IMG/VR virus record: IMGVR_UViG_3300045581_000900
Span: 32,001-96,000 of that record
Length of the DNA: 64,000 nucleotides
Reading direction: 5' to 3' (one strand)
DNA from: a virus
The position numbers were made by a program, and so were the translations under genes. The notes under the pieces were generated by a model. The model made no database searches and was not told the DNA's origin. It saw only the letters and a list, made by a program, of their open reading frames with translations. This document shows, in pieces, positions 18,991 to 28,803 of this stretch (position 1 is its first letter; every line of letters begins with the position of its first letter).

Positions 18991-21384
18991 TTAAATGTTA
19001 GCGGAAGGCCCAAGATCGACATCGCCGGCCGACTCCTCGGGGAACGGCTCGATGGTCTTCTGCTTGAGGAAGAGGATCACGTCGCCCAACATCTCGAACG
19101 CGTTGCGGAGCGAATCTTCCAGTTCCGGCATATCGGCCTTGCCGTAGCGATCGGCGAACCGGTCGCCATGCCAATAGAACATGAACAGGATGCGGCCCAG
19201 CTTGTCGAGACCCTTGGTAAGCTCACCCATGTAGCGGTCCACAAGGCCGTCATCCCGCACGGCCCGAAGCATGGTGCCGATCATGGCGGTGTCAAACACC
19301 TCACGCTGGCCAGTTTGGGCCGCCTGCATCACCTGCTGCACGGCACCCTGATCCAGTTGCGTGTTGGGGTTGTACACGCTGCGATCCGTCTGGCTAGCCG
19401 ACATACCCGGCACGGGCACACCGACGTCGATGCCAAGCTGCGTGGGGACGCTCGTCCCCATGATGGTCTCGCCGCCCATGACCGGCCCCGGGTCTGCCGG
19501 GGCTGTGGGGGCGTTCTGGATCATCATCGGCGAGCCATACGGGTTTGCGTACTTCACGTGGCAGGCAAACTTCCGCTTAGCCTTGGCACGCGAAAGAATT
19601 TCGCGTGCATTTTTTTCGCGAAGGCCGTGCTTGGCGACCAGCGAAACAAGGGCTTGCTTCTCCGAAAGCTCCTTCTCGATCAGTTGTTGCTTCGGGCTGT
19701 GAATCTCGACGGCCGTGCCGTTGTGATACACCGTCAGGCTCGACAGCTTCTGCATGATTACAAGCTGGGCGTCAGCCAGATTGCCCGGCATCAGCGGCGG
19801 ATTGTCGCTCTCGCCGCAGCCGCAGGAGCCCTGACCGCCCTCAGCCGCGTCGGCCACATCGTCTTCGCCCGGAGCACACTTTAAGAGCTTATACGTGCTC
19901 GGCACGAAGATGTCGCCCATGCTGGAGCGGATCGAGCCGCCGCCCTTGGCGTTTAAATGAATTCTGACGCCGTCGCGGTACTTGTCGTAGTTCAGCGGGT
20001 CGGTGTAGCAGCAGGGCGAAATTGAGCCCTTGGGCGGGAACTTGGAGTGATCCTCCATGTGAACTTCGTAGGCATTTCCGCCGAACTCAGTCTCGCCGTA
20101 CTCACGAATCACGCGGAACGGCACCGTGGTATCGCCCGACTTGCAAATCGCCATGTACCGGCCGTTTTTGGAGAGACTGGTGGCGTCAGGCAGGCCGTTG
20201 AGCCATGTATCAAATTCGTCGCCTTCCACGCGGGAGAAGCAGAATACGTGGTCGGCACGGGTGTTGATCCACTCAGGCCTGCCTTCGGTACGGACGACGG
20301 TCACAAAGTCAGACCGCTTGGCGGGCCCTTGTGGATATACCGCGACGTAGCACTTTTCGATCTCGCCCGGCTTGACTAGCACCATGTACAGGCCGCTCTG
20401 GGTGGGATTGAACAGTTTTTGCTCAACCTGAATCTGGTACGGCACCGAGACGTTATCCCGATCCCGCTGGTCGAGAATAAGCACGCCATCCCGCAGCAGC
20501 TTTTCTTGGTCTTCCTCGGTATGCCCGGGCGGAAGAGCCGTCTGCGTCGTGGCGTCGTACGTAATGACTTTCAGCGTCTCTTTCGCCTTGGGCGTCTCCG
20601 GGGCGTCAGAAAGCACGCTGGCGATCTTAGTCGCGTTCTGGCGGGCACTGGCGGCACTGATAGCCTCGCTAATAACGTCTAAACCGTGGAATTCGTCAAT
20701 CGCCTGAGCCAGATGCGGGGCGTACTGGCAGGTTTTAACAAGAGCCGAAATCGTATCCATTCCGGCCTGCTTGAGAAACGCCTTGAGGTTCAGCTTGTGG
20801 CCGAGTTCTTCAAACGCCAGCTTCGTGTTCATCGTGGCGGTCTTGGCCAGTGTCGGCATCACCGCGGTCATCATCTCCTTCAGCGTCGGTTGGGCCGAGC
20901 CGAACTTGGCGGGGCTGCGGGAAAGCTGCGTAAAATCAGGCTGCCGCTGGCCGAACTGGGTGAGATTCTTATCAATGCCGCTGCCCAGAATGCTGGGCTT
21001 GCGGTTGACGAGATAGTTGACCCAGTTTTCCTTGAGCGGGACGAACATATCCTGATTCTTGATATACAGGAGTTCGTGGCCTTTGAGGTCGCCGTTCAGG
21101 AAGAAAACCGGGGCATACAGCCACATGGAGCCGACCTTGAACGCAAAAACACCGACAGCCTTGGTGTTTTCCCGATTGCGGTCGAGAAGTTGAAAGCCGA
21201 TCTCGTGGTCCAAAAGCTTCGGAGCAGAATCCCGAAGATAGGCGTGGGCCAGATTAGAAAAAGCCTGTTCAAACGCCACGTCGTCACCGCGGCCACCAAT
21301 CTCGGCGGTTTTAGTGCGGTCGTGAGACCGGACGACGTTTAACCAATGCTTCCACGAGGCTTCTTTTGACTTTTTATTAAACAC
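18991..21384 (-). CDS. Large putative virion protein
   Basis: Start reassigned to GTG 21384 below the RBS hairpin; KEA, KTA, KQA, KIA, KYA motifs. Confidence 0.6.
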   Translation of the reverse strand: MFNKKSKEASWKHWLNVVRSHDRTKTAEIGGRGDDVAFEQAFSNLAHAYLRDSAPKLLDHEIGFQLLDRNRENTKAVGVFAFKVGSMWLYAPVFFLNGDLKGHELLYIKNQDMFVPLKENWVNYLVNRKPSILGSGIDKNLTQFGQRQPDFTQLSRSPAKFGSAQPTLKEMMTAVMPTLAKTATMNTKLAFEELGHKLNLKAFLKQAGMDTISALVKTCQYAPHLAQAIDEFHGLDVISEAISAASARQNATKIASVLSDAPETPKAKETLKVITYDATTQTALPPGHTEEDQEKLLRDGVLILDQRDRDNVSVPYQIQVEQKLFNPTQSGLYMVLVKPGEIEKCYVAVYPQGPAKRSDFVTVVRTEGRPEWINTRADHVFCFSRVEGDEFDTWLNGLPDATSLSKNGRYMAICKSGDTTVPFRVIREYGETEFGGNAYEVHMEDHSKFPPKGSISPCCYTDPLNYDKYRDGVRIHLNAKGGGSIRSSMGDIFVPSTYKLLKCAPGEDDVADAAEGGQGSCGCGESDNPPLMPGNLADAQLVIMQKLSSLTVYHNGTAVEIHSPKQQLIEKELSEKQALVSLVAKHGLREKNAREILSRAKAKRKFACHVKYANPYGSPMMIQNAPTAPADPGPVMGGETIMGTSVPTQLGIDVGVPVPGMSASQTDRSVYNPNTQLDQGAVQQVMQAAQTGQREVFDTAMIGTMLRAVRDDGLVDRYMGELTKGLDKLGRILFMFYWHGDRFADRYGKADMPELEDSLRNAFEMLGDVILFLKQKTIEPFPEESAGDVDLGPSANI

Positions 21385-21387
21385 AGA

Positions 21388-21403
21388 GCCACCTCCATGC
21401 GGC
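21388..21403 (-). promoter_or_regulatory. RBS hairpin with AUGGAG hexaloop
   Basis: GCCGC-ATGGAG-GTGGC. Confidence 0.6.
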
Positions 21404-21429
21404 AGATATTGAACCAATCCCTTATCAAT

Positions 21430-23403
21430 TTACAGTGTTTTAGGCGGCGAGCCTAGAGGACCCGGCAGTGGACTTGCGGGGGACATGCGGGGTACTTGCG
21501 GGGTACTTGGGGGGTACTTGGGGGCTGGCTCCGGTTTCCAGCCGCTTGTTGTGCCAGAAACGCCGAATTGTTCGCCGCGGGCCAAAGCCGGCACATAGCT
21601 GCTCCCGGACGTATCACTGGCACGGCCGCGGTGCACGCTATTAAGAAATCCGCGTTCCTGATACGACCCGAGCATTCTTGTCATCCAGTCGGGGTCGTTG
21701 GAGATATTCGCCATGCCACGAACCATTTCAGATTCAAACGGCGGCGGTTCTTTGTGGGCTTGGATGTTTGTAATTCCGTACTTCTTCAGATTATCGGCCA
21801 CGCTTTTTGTAATCTTCGTTCCGATCGAGTAATGCAGGGCGGGTTCTTCCAGATAGTGATTTGAAAGTGTCGCCGGGTTGCCCGCAATGGCCCCGTCTCT
21901 GGGTTTCCACGATCGTTCCAGCATGGAATACGGCACAATGTCGTCCGGGGCGTAATCGCCGTACTCGTCATTGAGCCGCACATGATTAATCAAGCCGCGA
22001 GCGACCAGTTCGATATTCCGGCGGTGAGCGGTAATGCCTGAGTTCTTCAATACATCACGCATGGCAGAAACGAAATATCGCCGGCCCTCGCCGACGCCTT
22101 TGTGCCTGACGATCTCCGCCGGGTTGGGCATGCCATCAGACAGCACGTCGCCGGCTTCGAGCATGTCGCCTTTCTTGACAGAGACCACGCGGTCAGCAGG
22201 GACGTAGTGCTCTTCGCCGTCCACCACGACGTACGAACCGCCTTGAGCCGCCGGGCGAATTTCCTGCACCCGGCCCTCTCGCTGGGCATGTGTGGCCCCG
22301 TCGGGATATTTCTTGGGCACCTGCACCAGAGCGTTAATAGCCTTGAAGCCGCCAATAGACTTGGCCCCGCCGACACCGCCGGAGTGCTTTGAACTAAGCT
22401 GAGACTGGCTGACCGGCTCCGAGAGAGCTTGAGCCGCGGCCACGCCCACATAGTCGCCTACGGGCGGCAAACGGCCCTTTTCGCGGTAGCCGACGTCTTT
22501 GGCGTACACGCCGCCGTCTTCAGGGCCGCCCACCGTCGGGCTGCGGACAAGGATGTCTTTGACGCCCATCTCTTTAAGGTCTTTGAGAATCTTGGGCGTG
22601 AGCAGCGTGTTTCGCTTGTAGGGGCCGATCGGGCGGGCCAGAAACGCCCCTTCGTTGTCGGGATCGTCCACATCGGAGGGCATACCGCGGTTCGAGGCTG
22701 TGGTCGCTCGCTCTTCGTCATCATCGTCGTCTGCCGTTACAAGCAGGCGGTGAGCCATCTGCGTAAGCTGCTTGCCGTAGAAGCCGGCGTCGGCCGTGGC
22801 TGTTTTGACGTCAATGACGCCCTTGCGGGTGCCGAAGCTCGCGGCGAAGTATTCCGCCGGCGTTAAGCCTCGCCCGTAAGACCGCAGCACCGGCAGCGGA
22901 ATCGGCTCGTCCTTGTGGTCGACGTACTGCAAATCGGCACCGATCAACGAGTTCAGCGTAAACTTATTGCCGGACCCGCCGCCCAACACCTGCTGCACCA
23001 GCGGGTTATTGTTCTCTAACGCCTCGTTGTAAACATCGTCGATGAGTTTCTTCTGCGTATCTGCCGCCAACTGCAGAATCTTTAGCTGCCGCTCTTTTTC
23101 CGGCATGTTCGGCGTGGCCATGATGCCGCGGAGCTTTTTACGCACGTCAAGTTCCGCCCGGCGGCTGGCAAACGTGGGCTTGATGTCTTTTAAGCCCATC
23201 GACAAACCGCCAGTCGAATACGCCACGTCGCGGGAGACGTCATGAATCTTCTTCATGACTTCGCGGTACTTGTCCGGGTGCCGCTTTGCTAGGTCCGTCG
23301 CCAGCGAGCCCATATTTTTCTTGTCGAGCACGCGGTTGTAATCCCGCATGTCTTCAGGCAGAGCTTCGTTGATGAGCAGTTGGCCTAGCGTCGTTTTTAA
23401 CAC
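21430..23403 (-). CDS. rpoC2: RNA polymerase beta' C-terminal subunit (bridge helix, trigger loop)
   Basis: GLTPAEYFAASFGTRKG..D..TADAG (bridge helix); VGVAAAQALSEPVSQSQLSSKHSGG (trigger loop); RRNIELVARGL. Confidence 0.9.
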   Translation of the reverse strand: MLKTTLGQLLINEALPEDMRDYNRVLDKKNMGSLATDLAKRHPDKYREVMKKIHDVSRDVAYSTGGLSMGLKDIKPTFASRRAELDVRKKLRGIMATPNMPEKERQLKILQLAADTQKKLIDDVYNEALENNNPLVQQVLGGGSGNKFTLNSLIGADLQYVDHKDEPIPLPVLRSYGRGLTPAEYFAASFGTRKGVIDVKTATADAGFYGKQLTQMAHRLLVTADDDDDEERATTASNRGMPSDVDDPDNEGAFLARPIGPYKRNTLLTPKILKDLKEMGVKDILVRSPTVGGPEDGGVYAKDVGYREKGRLPPVGDYVGVAAAQALSEPVSQSQLSSKHSGGVGGAKSIGGFKAINALVQVPKKYPDGATHAQREGRVQEIRPAAQGGSYVVVDGEEHYVPADRVVSVKKGDMLEAGDVLSDGMPNPAEIVRHKGVGEGRRYFVSAMRDVLKNSGITAHRRNIELVARGLINHVRLNDEYGDYAPDDIVPYSMLERSWKPRDGAIAGNPATLSNHYLEEPALHYSIGTKITKSVADNLKKYGITNIQAHKEPPPFESEMVRGMANISNDPDWMTRMLGSYQERGFLNSVHRGRASDTSGSSYVPALARGEQFGVSGTTSGWKPEPAPKYPPSTPQVPRMSPASPLPGPLGSPPKTL

Positions 23404-23412
23404 GGCAATTCA

Positions 23413-23637
23413 TTAGTTTTTTGGCGGCGGAGGAAGTTCATTCACTGTCGGGGCCGGCGTGGTAACGCCGGCCATTTTTAACACCGTAGCAAAGTCATTG
23501 TCGCCGACAGCGGAATACACAATCCCCTCTGCCACGTGAGTTGCGACAAAGATCGGGTTCTTTAGGTCGTCTTCAATGACAACCGTATGAGCCTTCGTCT
23601 CTGCCGGAATTAAATTATGCTGCGTTTTAACCAGCAT
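23413..23637 (-). CDS. Small hypothetical protein between the RNAP genes
   Basis: 74 aa, overlaps the upstream stop. Confidence 0.6.
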   Translation of the reverse strand: MLVKTQHNLIPAETKAHTVVIEDDLKNPIFVATHVAEGIVYSAVGDNDFATVLKMAGVTTPAPTVNELPPPPKN

Positions 23638-24343
23638 GATTCGTCAAACTCCGGCACAGGGCGGCGACGGCACTTGCTTTCGTTTGAAGATCGAACGTTT
23701 CTGGCGTCGACGGGGTTGAAGACACACTGGGATCAATCGGCCGCCCGATAGAGCGGGCAGCGTGCGTATCTACCGCGTCCCACCAGTTGGCCATCTTCGG
23801 GGCACCGGCGTCGGGCGGCATAGGAGCACCGCCAGCCGCGGCCGGATCACCGCCCGGCGGAGCCGCAGGCGGAGGAGCCATTGGACCGCCGGGAAGGGCG
23901 GTTTCCGCCGGCGGAGCACCGGTTGTGCCGGGCGGCAGCACCAGCGATTCAGGAGCAACCTGCACGCCCATCGCGTTCATGATCGCCGTAAGTTGCTGCT
24001 GCATGTTGTAAAGCCGGTAATCGAGCATTTGCATCATCTGCTCAGGCTTAAGTTTCTGACCGCCTGCGGCACCACCAGCGGGAGCCGGGGCTGGCTGTGC
24101 GGGCGGCAGAGCACCCAGCATCGACGGGTCCATCATTCCCGGCGGAACAGCACCGCCAGCCGCCGCAGGGTCGCCAGCCGGAGGAGCCGCACCCATCGCT
24201 GCCTGCATCGGGTCAGCGGGCGGAACAGCACCTTGAGCCGCGGCAGCCGGGTCCATACCGCCACCGGGAGGCACCACAGCCGACTTTTCAAACAGAGCCC
24301 GCTTGGCGAGCGATAACAATTCGGGATTTACCGTATAGGACAT
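23627..24343 (-). CDS. Pro/Ala/Gly-rich protein with central coiled coil
   Basis: 238 aa; EKSA and PKMA flank the low-complexity core. Confidence 0.65.
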   Translation of the reverse strand: MSYTVNPELLSLAKRALFEKSAVVPPGGGMDPAAAAQGAVPPADPMQAAMGAAPPAGDPAAAGGAVPPGMMDPSMLGALPPAQPAPAPAGGAAGGQKLKPEQMMQMLDYRLYNMQQQLTAIMNAMGVQVAPESLVLPPGTTGAPPAETALPGGPMAPPPAAPPGGDPAAAGGAPMPPDAGAPKMANWWDAVDTHAARSIGRPIDPSVSSTPSTPETFDLQTKASAVAALCRSLTNHAG

Positions 24344-24344
24344 G

Positions 24345-24360
24345 ACTACCTCCGTGTAAT
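24345..24360 (-). promoter_or_regulatory. RBS hairpin with ACGGAG hexaloop
   Basis: ATTAC-ACGGAG-GTAGT next to ATG 24343. Confidence 0.6.
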
Positions 24361-24366
24361 ATCAAG

Positions 24367-27300
24367 TCAAGGCTTATCTTCTACGATGTGAACCGGCGTG
24401 TCCACATCAATCTCGCCGCGTCGGTACGCCGCGAGAGCGTCCTTTTTGCTGCGGTAGACCCGTGGCTTGGAGCGGTTGTTCATTTTGCTGGAAGCTAAGT
24501 ATACACCAGTCTGGTAATCTTTATTCGGCACATAATGGGCTTTGAAGTTCGCCGTGGCAAAAAGGTTCTTGCTCGGCAGCATCTTTTCCACGGCTTCTTT
24601 TGCCGCTTCTTCGGTACTGGGGACGTGGTACTGCATGGCGTCCCCGTCGAAATCAGCCCCGAAACCCTTGGTAATTACCGGATTTACTTCCATAACTTTG
24701 TTTTTAGTCAGCCGCGGATAAAACGCCATCACGCCGTAGCGGTGCAGCACAGGAGCCCGGTTGATCACAATGGGCTTGGCGTTCATCTGCGTGTTTAACT
24801 CGTCAAAAGCGGCTTTATTTTTGTCTTCTACAGCCCGCAGGGCGTTCATTCGGGGCATTCCGCGGCGGACGAGGCCCCGGACGACGAACGGCTTGTAAAT
24901 CTCCCACGCTTTTTCCTCGGGGAGAGCGACTTCGTCCATGTCGAGGTCGGGATTCGGGGTAATCACCGCCCGCCCCACAAGGTCGACGGTGCTGGAGAGC
25001 AGTTTTCGCTGCATGGTGCCGAATTTGGGGCTGTCGCCGAAAATTTTCGACAAGAAACCGCGGACGTTACGTTCGACGTTCTTGGGGTGCTGCGGATCAC
25101 CAAGACCCGTCACGGCTTTCATCGAGTCATACAGAGATAAACGCTCGTTACCATAATCGGCAAACGTCCCGGAGGCTTCTTTTAAGACGTTATTGGAGTC
25201 GAGCAGTTCTTTGTAGAGATAATTCGCGTCATCCACGAGCGGGAGTTTCTTGGAGCCCATAGTCGAAACAGGGCGGAAAGCCGGCGGCAGCACACCCACT
25301 TTCGTGAGCATCCAGTCTTTCGGGTGCACGTTGGTTGTTTCGGCACCTTTTAAAAAGCCCAACCGGCGAACAGCGGCGTCTCGAACTGTCTTGCGGCCTG
25401 ATTTGATGTCTTCGCGAGCCTGCTCAATTGCCTTCGGCAGATTAATGCTCTTCAACGCATCATGAATGGCCGCAGGTCCCGTTTTGTCGCCTAACTTGTC
25501 TTGGCCGGCCAGAATGCCGCGGAATTGCTTTTCGGTAAGCCCAAGAACGCGGCGAATGGGTTCTTCCATGATCGGGTTGGGCATCGGCTCGTGTAACGTG
25601 ATCTTCGCCCACCGATTGCCGCCATGACCGCCCGTAAGCGTCTCATCGAACAAGCCGCCTTTGATGGGCTTGAGATTGCCTTTCCAGTCGACGGTCTCGG
25701 CACTGGTGATTTCACGCTCGCCGGCTAGTTCGTCGACGGATTTGTCTGTTAAAGCCATGATGTGCGTCTTAGTTCCCGTACGCACTGTATTCACGCCAGA
25801 CGCCCGCAGTTGATTCACAAACTTTTCGTAGACGTGCGGAACTTTGGGGAGCGGCGGGTCGTAACCGGCCATGAATTGCGTCCAGTACTCAGGATTAGCT
25901 TGGCCGCGTACCATCTTGGAGTCGCGAACTACTTTGCCGGCACCGTGGGAAAGCAAAGCTCCCAGTTCGAGCATGCCGACGCGTTTAGCCCCTTCTGATC
26001 CGCCCTTGGCTGGTGTGCCTTCGGCTGTATAGCCGCCGGTCGAGCGTCCTTGGCCCTTGGATTCGGCCGTGTGATGGAGTTTCATGAAGAACCGGTGGCC
26101 CGTTAAGATTCCCTTGATCTTCCGGCCAGATTCGGGGTCAGTCAGGTCTTCCGTGTCAGAGAGCCCGTGTTTGGCAAGTTCCTGCTGGGCGAACTCAATT
26201 AAGTCCTTCTGGTCGTCGAAATCTTTGATCTTGAACGGCTGCCCGGTCTTAGCCGCGACTTTGCCCAGTGCCGCCTCAACGATCTGGGCGGGGTTTACAC
26301 GGCTAATAAGTCCGAGGGGGCTGACCAGTATCTCCATCGGGTTTCCGTCTTTATCGGTCGGCATCTGCTGATCTGGGACGATTTCAGATACCACGCCCTT
26401 GTCGCCGAATCTGCCGGTGATCTTGTCGCCCACTTCCATCTGGGCTTTTGATTTCACGACAACCGAAACACCCTTCTTGGTGTGCTCGACGTCCGTAACA
26501 ATCCCGGGAGAGTGGTGCTCCCACGTCAGAGTCTCGTTCGCAAACGCACCGCCGCGGCCTCGATGCACCTTGCCGTATACCTGTTCGCGTTTCTTGGCCA
26601 CGAGAACGAGCGGGTCACCGAAGTTCACAACGGTGCCTTTCTTGATCGCCCCGTTGTCGTCGAAGCTCTCCAGCATCTTCTTGTCGTACTCGGACGGGAA
26701 CAACGACATGAACGCCTTTTTGCCGACGTGGGTGTTGTCGTCCCACTCGGCTTCGTGCTGATACATGTGCTGGCTGGTAAGTCTCTTGGCCGCAGACTCA
26801 GAGATCACCACGGCGTCTTCGTAGTTTCTTCCGCGGAACGGCAGATAGCCCACGCGAAGGTTTAATCCAAGAGCCGCGGAGCCGTTCTTATCGGTAAAGT
26901 TGGACGTGGCAATAAGCTGCCCGGGCTTGATAGTGTCGCCGGGCTGCACAGTCGGCGTCTGTGTCCAGAACGTCTTCCGATTGAACGGCATGTCGTTATA
27001 CAAGTCGATAGTCTGCTTTTTGCCGTCTTGATCGCGAATGATGATCTCGTCTGGCGTAATAGCTTCGACCTTGCCGGCAAACTGTGATTTAATCGCTCCC
27101 AGTTTCTCGCCCATCTCGTCTTCGTGCGAGGTGCCGGGCAGGTCGGCTTTTTCCGACTGCACAAACGGTGACTCGGCGTTTTCCAGCGGGAGAGCCTGTG
27201 TAAACATACGGCTGCCCATGATGACACGCTGGCCCTTTACCATGGACTTCATCGGCACCATGTTTGTGAGAGCCGAGAACGTGCTGTCCATGTTGGGTAC

Positions 27301-28803
27301 GGTGTACTGGGCGTCTTTTTTGGGCACGTACTTAATCTTGCCGTTCACCAGTGCCGCGACCATCGGAAGATCGGACTTCTCTTCGCCGGGGAACATCAGC
27401 GGCATGTCGGCGAGTTCCTGCGGCGTCTTGTACTCAGTCTCGCCCGTCTGGGAGTTCTTCACGGGCACGACAAACGTGTGCAAATTCTGGGCTGACTTGC
27501 GGGCACCGGCGGCAAATCGCATATCGACGCCTACCTTGCCGCTCTCGGGCGTGCGGAGATAGTCGATAAAGCCGAAATGACTCGGCTGCACGCTGCGGGA
27601 TTCGGCGGGAACGGCGTCGAGCGAGCCGATGCCGCCTTCGCCCAGTCGCGTGACGCGGGTCTGGTGATCGAAGATTTCAGCCGGGTTGATCTCTTCGAGG
27701 CTGGAACCAAGACCTGACCCGATAAGGGCCGCGGTGATCGACTTGTTAAACACGCCGGAAGGAATGTGATCCAGTGACTTTTTGGCCGTGGCTTTCCAGA
27801 GCAGTTGCCGCAGGGCTGTCTTGTCTTTGACGAACCGCTCCGAGATCAAATCCTCGGGGCCGAAGACCTGCTGATACGTCATGCTGTCGCGGTCGTCGCT
27901 GTCGGCTTCTTTACGATTGACGGCGATCAGCTTCTTCGTGATGTCGAGAATCGCGTCGGGGGTGAGATTCTTGTAGGGCTTGCCGAGCGTGCGTTTGGTG
28001 ACCTCTTCGTCCAACTCTGTCTTGTTAAACTCCGCCGCGATGGCCTTGATCTTGGCGATCTGGTCTGCGTTGGCGTCTGGTTTGAAGACAAGGCGTTGAT
28101 AAAGTTTGTCGAGCGTGCCGGCATCGCCCTTCTGCATGTTGACGGCTGTGATCTCATTGCCCCACGCCTCCCGCATCTGCTTGTCGGTGACGCCGAGCGT
28201 CTTCAGCAGGGGCATGAGCGGAATCTTGGCTTGGCCGATTTGAATCTGGAACTCGCCGGTCTTGGGGTCCATGTAATACCGGTGCGAGCGACCTTTGCCG
28301 GGCAGAGTATTGACGTGCGACTCCAGTTCGCCGTTCTCCTTCTCGCGGGTGAACACGCCCGGCCGCAGACGGAGTTGGTGGGCAAGGGTGTATTCAACGC
28401 CTTTGTTCACGAACGTGCCGGAGTCGGTGAGATACGGGACGTTGGCGATCGTAGCTTGGCGGGACGCGACCGGCTGCTGTGTTTTGTTGTCTATGAGCGT
28501 CCACGTGCCGGTGAGCTTCCGGGCCAGAGAGCCACGCGTGAGCACGGCCTTCTTTTGGTCCTTGCGGCTGAACCGTTCGGGGCCGGCGTAGCCGACGTTC
28601 TGCAACTGCAGCGTGTACAGATCGTTTTGAATCGGCTCGATGCTCGACGCACTTCGCAGAGCTTCGTTGAAGATATTGTCGCGAAGAGCGGGTACGTCGC
28701 CGAACGCTCGCGTCTGCGGCTGAGCGATCGGCTGCTTTGGCAGCGGCGGAGCAAGCGGCGGAAGTTGCGGGGCTGGTTGCAGCGGATCAGGCATGGCTCT
28801 CAC
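24367..28803 (-). CDS. rpoB: RNA polymerase beta fused to N-terminal beta' (catalytic)
   Basis: beta motifs TPESGKVG, NYEDAVVISE, GDKITGRFGDKGVV, MKLHH; then beta' motifs VDLVGRAVITP, NRAPVLHR, GADFDGDAM. Confidence 0.92.
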   Translation of the reverse strand: MRAMPDPLQPAPQLPPLAPPLPKQPIAQPQTRAFGDVPALRDNIFNEALRSASSIEPIQNDLYTLQLQNVGYAGPERFSRKDQKKAVLTRGSLARKLTGTWTLIDNKTQQPVASRQATIANVPYLTDSGTFVNKGVEYTLAHQLRLRPGVFTREKENGELESHVNTLPGKGRSHRYYMDPKTGEFQIQIGQAKIPLMPLLKTLGVTDKQMREAWGNEITAVNMQKGDAGTLDKLYQRLVFKPDANADQIAKIKAIAAEFNKTELDEEVTKRTLGKPYKNLTPDAILDITKKLIAVNRKEADSDDRDSMTYQQVFGPEDLISERFVKDKTALRQLLWKATAKKSLDHIPSGVFNKSITAALIGSGLGSSLEEINPAEIFDHQTRVTRLGEGGIGSLDAVPAESRSVQPSHFGFIDYLRTPESGKVGVDMRFAAGARKSAQNLHTFVVPVKNSQTGETEYKTPQELADMPLMFPGEEKSDLPMVAALVNGKIKYVPKKDAQYTVPNMDSTFSALTNMVPMKSMVKGQRVIMGSRMFTQALPLENAESPFVQSEKADLPGTSHEDEMGEKLGAIKSQFAGKVEAITPDEIIIRDQDGKKQTIDLYNDMPFNRKTFWTQTPTVQPGDTIKPGQLIATSNFTDKNGSAALGLNLRVGYLPFRGRNYEDAVVISESAAKRLTSQHMYQHEAEWDDNTHVGKKAFMSLFPSEYDKKMLESFDDNGAIKKGTVVNFGDPLVLVAKKREQVYGKVHRGRGGAFANETLTWEHHSPGIVTDVEHTKKGVSVVVKSKAQMEVGDKITGRFGDKGVVSEIVPDQQMPTDKDGNPMEILVSPLGLISRVNPAQIVEAALGKVAAKTGQPFKIKDFDDQKDLIEFAQQELAKHGLSDTEDLTDPESGRKIKGILTGHRFFMKLHHTAESKGQGRSTGGYTAEGTPAKGGSEGAKRVGMLELGALLSHGAGKVVRDSKMVRGQANPEYWTQFMAGYDPPLPKVPHVYEKFVNQLRASGVNTVRTGTKTHIMALTDKSVDELAGEREITSAETVDWKGNLKPIKGGLFDETLTGGHGGNRWAKITLHEPMPNPIMEEPIRRVLGLTEKQFRGILAGQDKLGDKTGPAAIHDALKSINLPKAIEQAREDIKSGRKTVRDAAVRRLGFLKGAETTNVHPKDWMLTKVGVLPPAFRPVSTMGSKKLPLVDDANYLYKELLDSNNVLKEASGTFADYGNERLSLYDSMKAVTGLGDPQHPKNVERNVRGFLSKIFGDSPKFGTMQRKLLSSTVDLVGRAVITPNPDLDMDEVALPEEKAWEIYKPFVVRGLVRRGMPRMNALRAVEDKNKAAFDELNTQMNAKPIVINRAPVLHRYGVMAFYPRLTKNKVMEVNPVITKGFGADFDGDAMQYHVPSTEEAAKEAVEKMLPSKNLFATANFKAHYVPNKDYQTGVYLASSKMNNRSKPRVYRSKKDALAAYRRGEIDVDTPVHIVEDKP

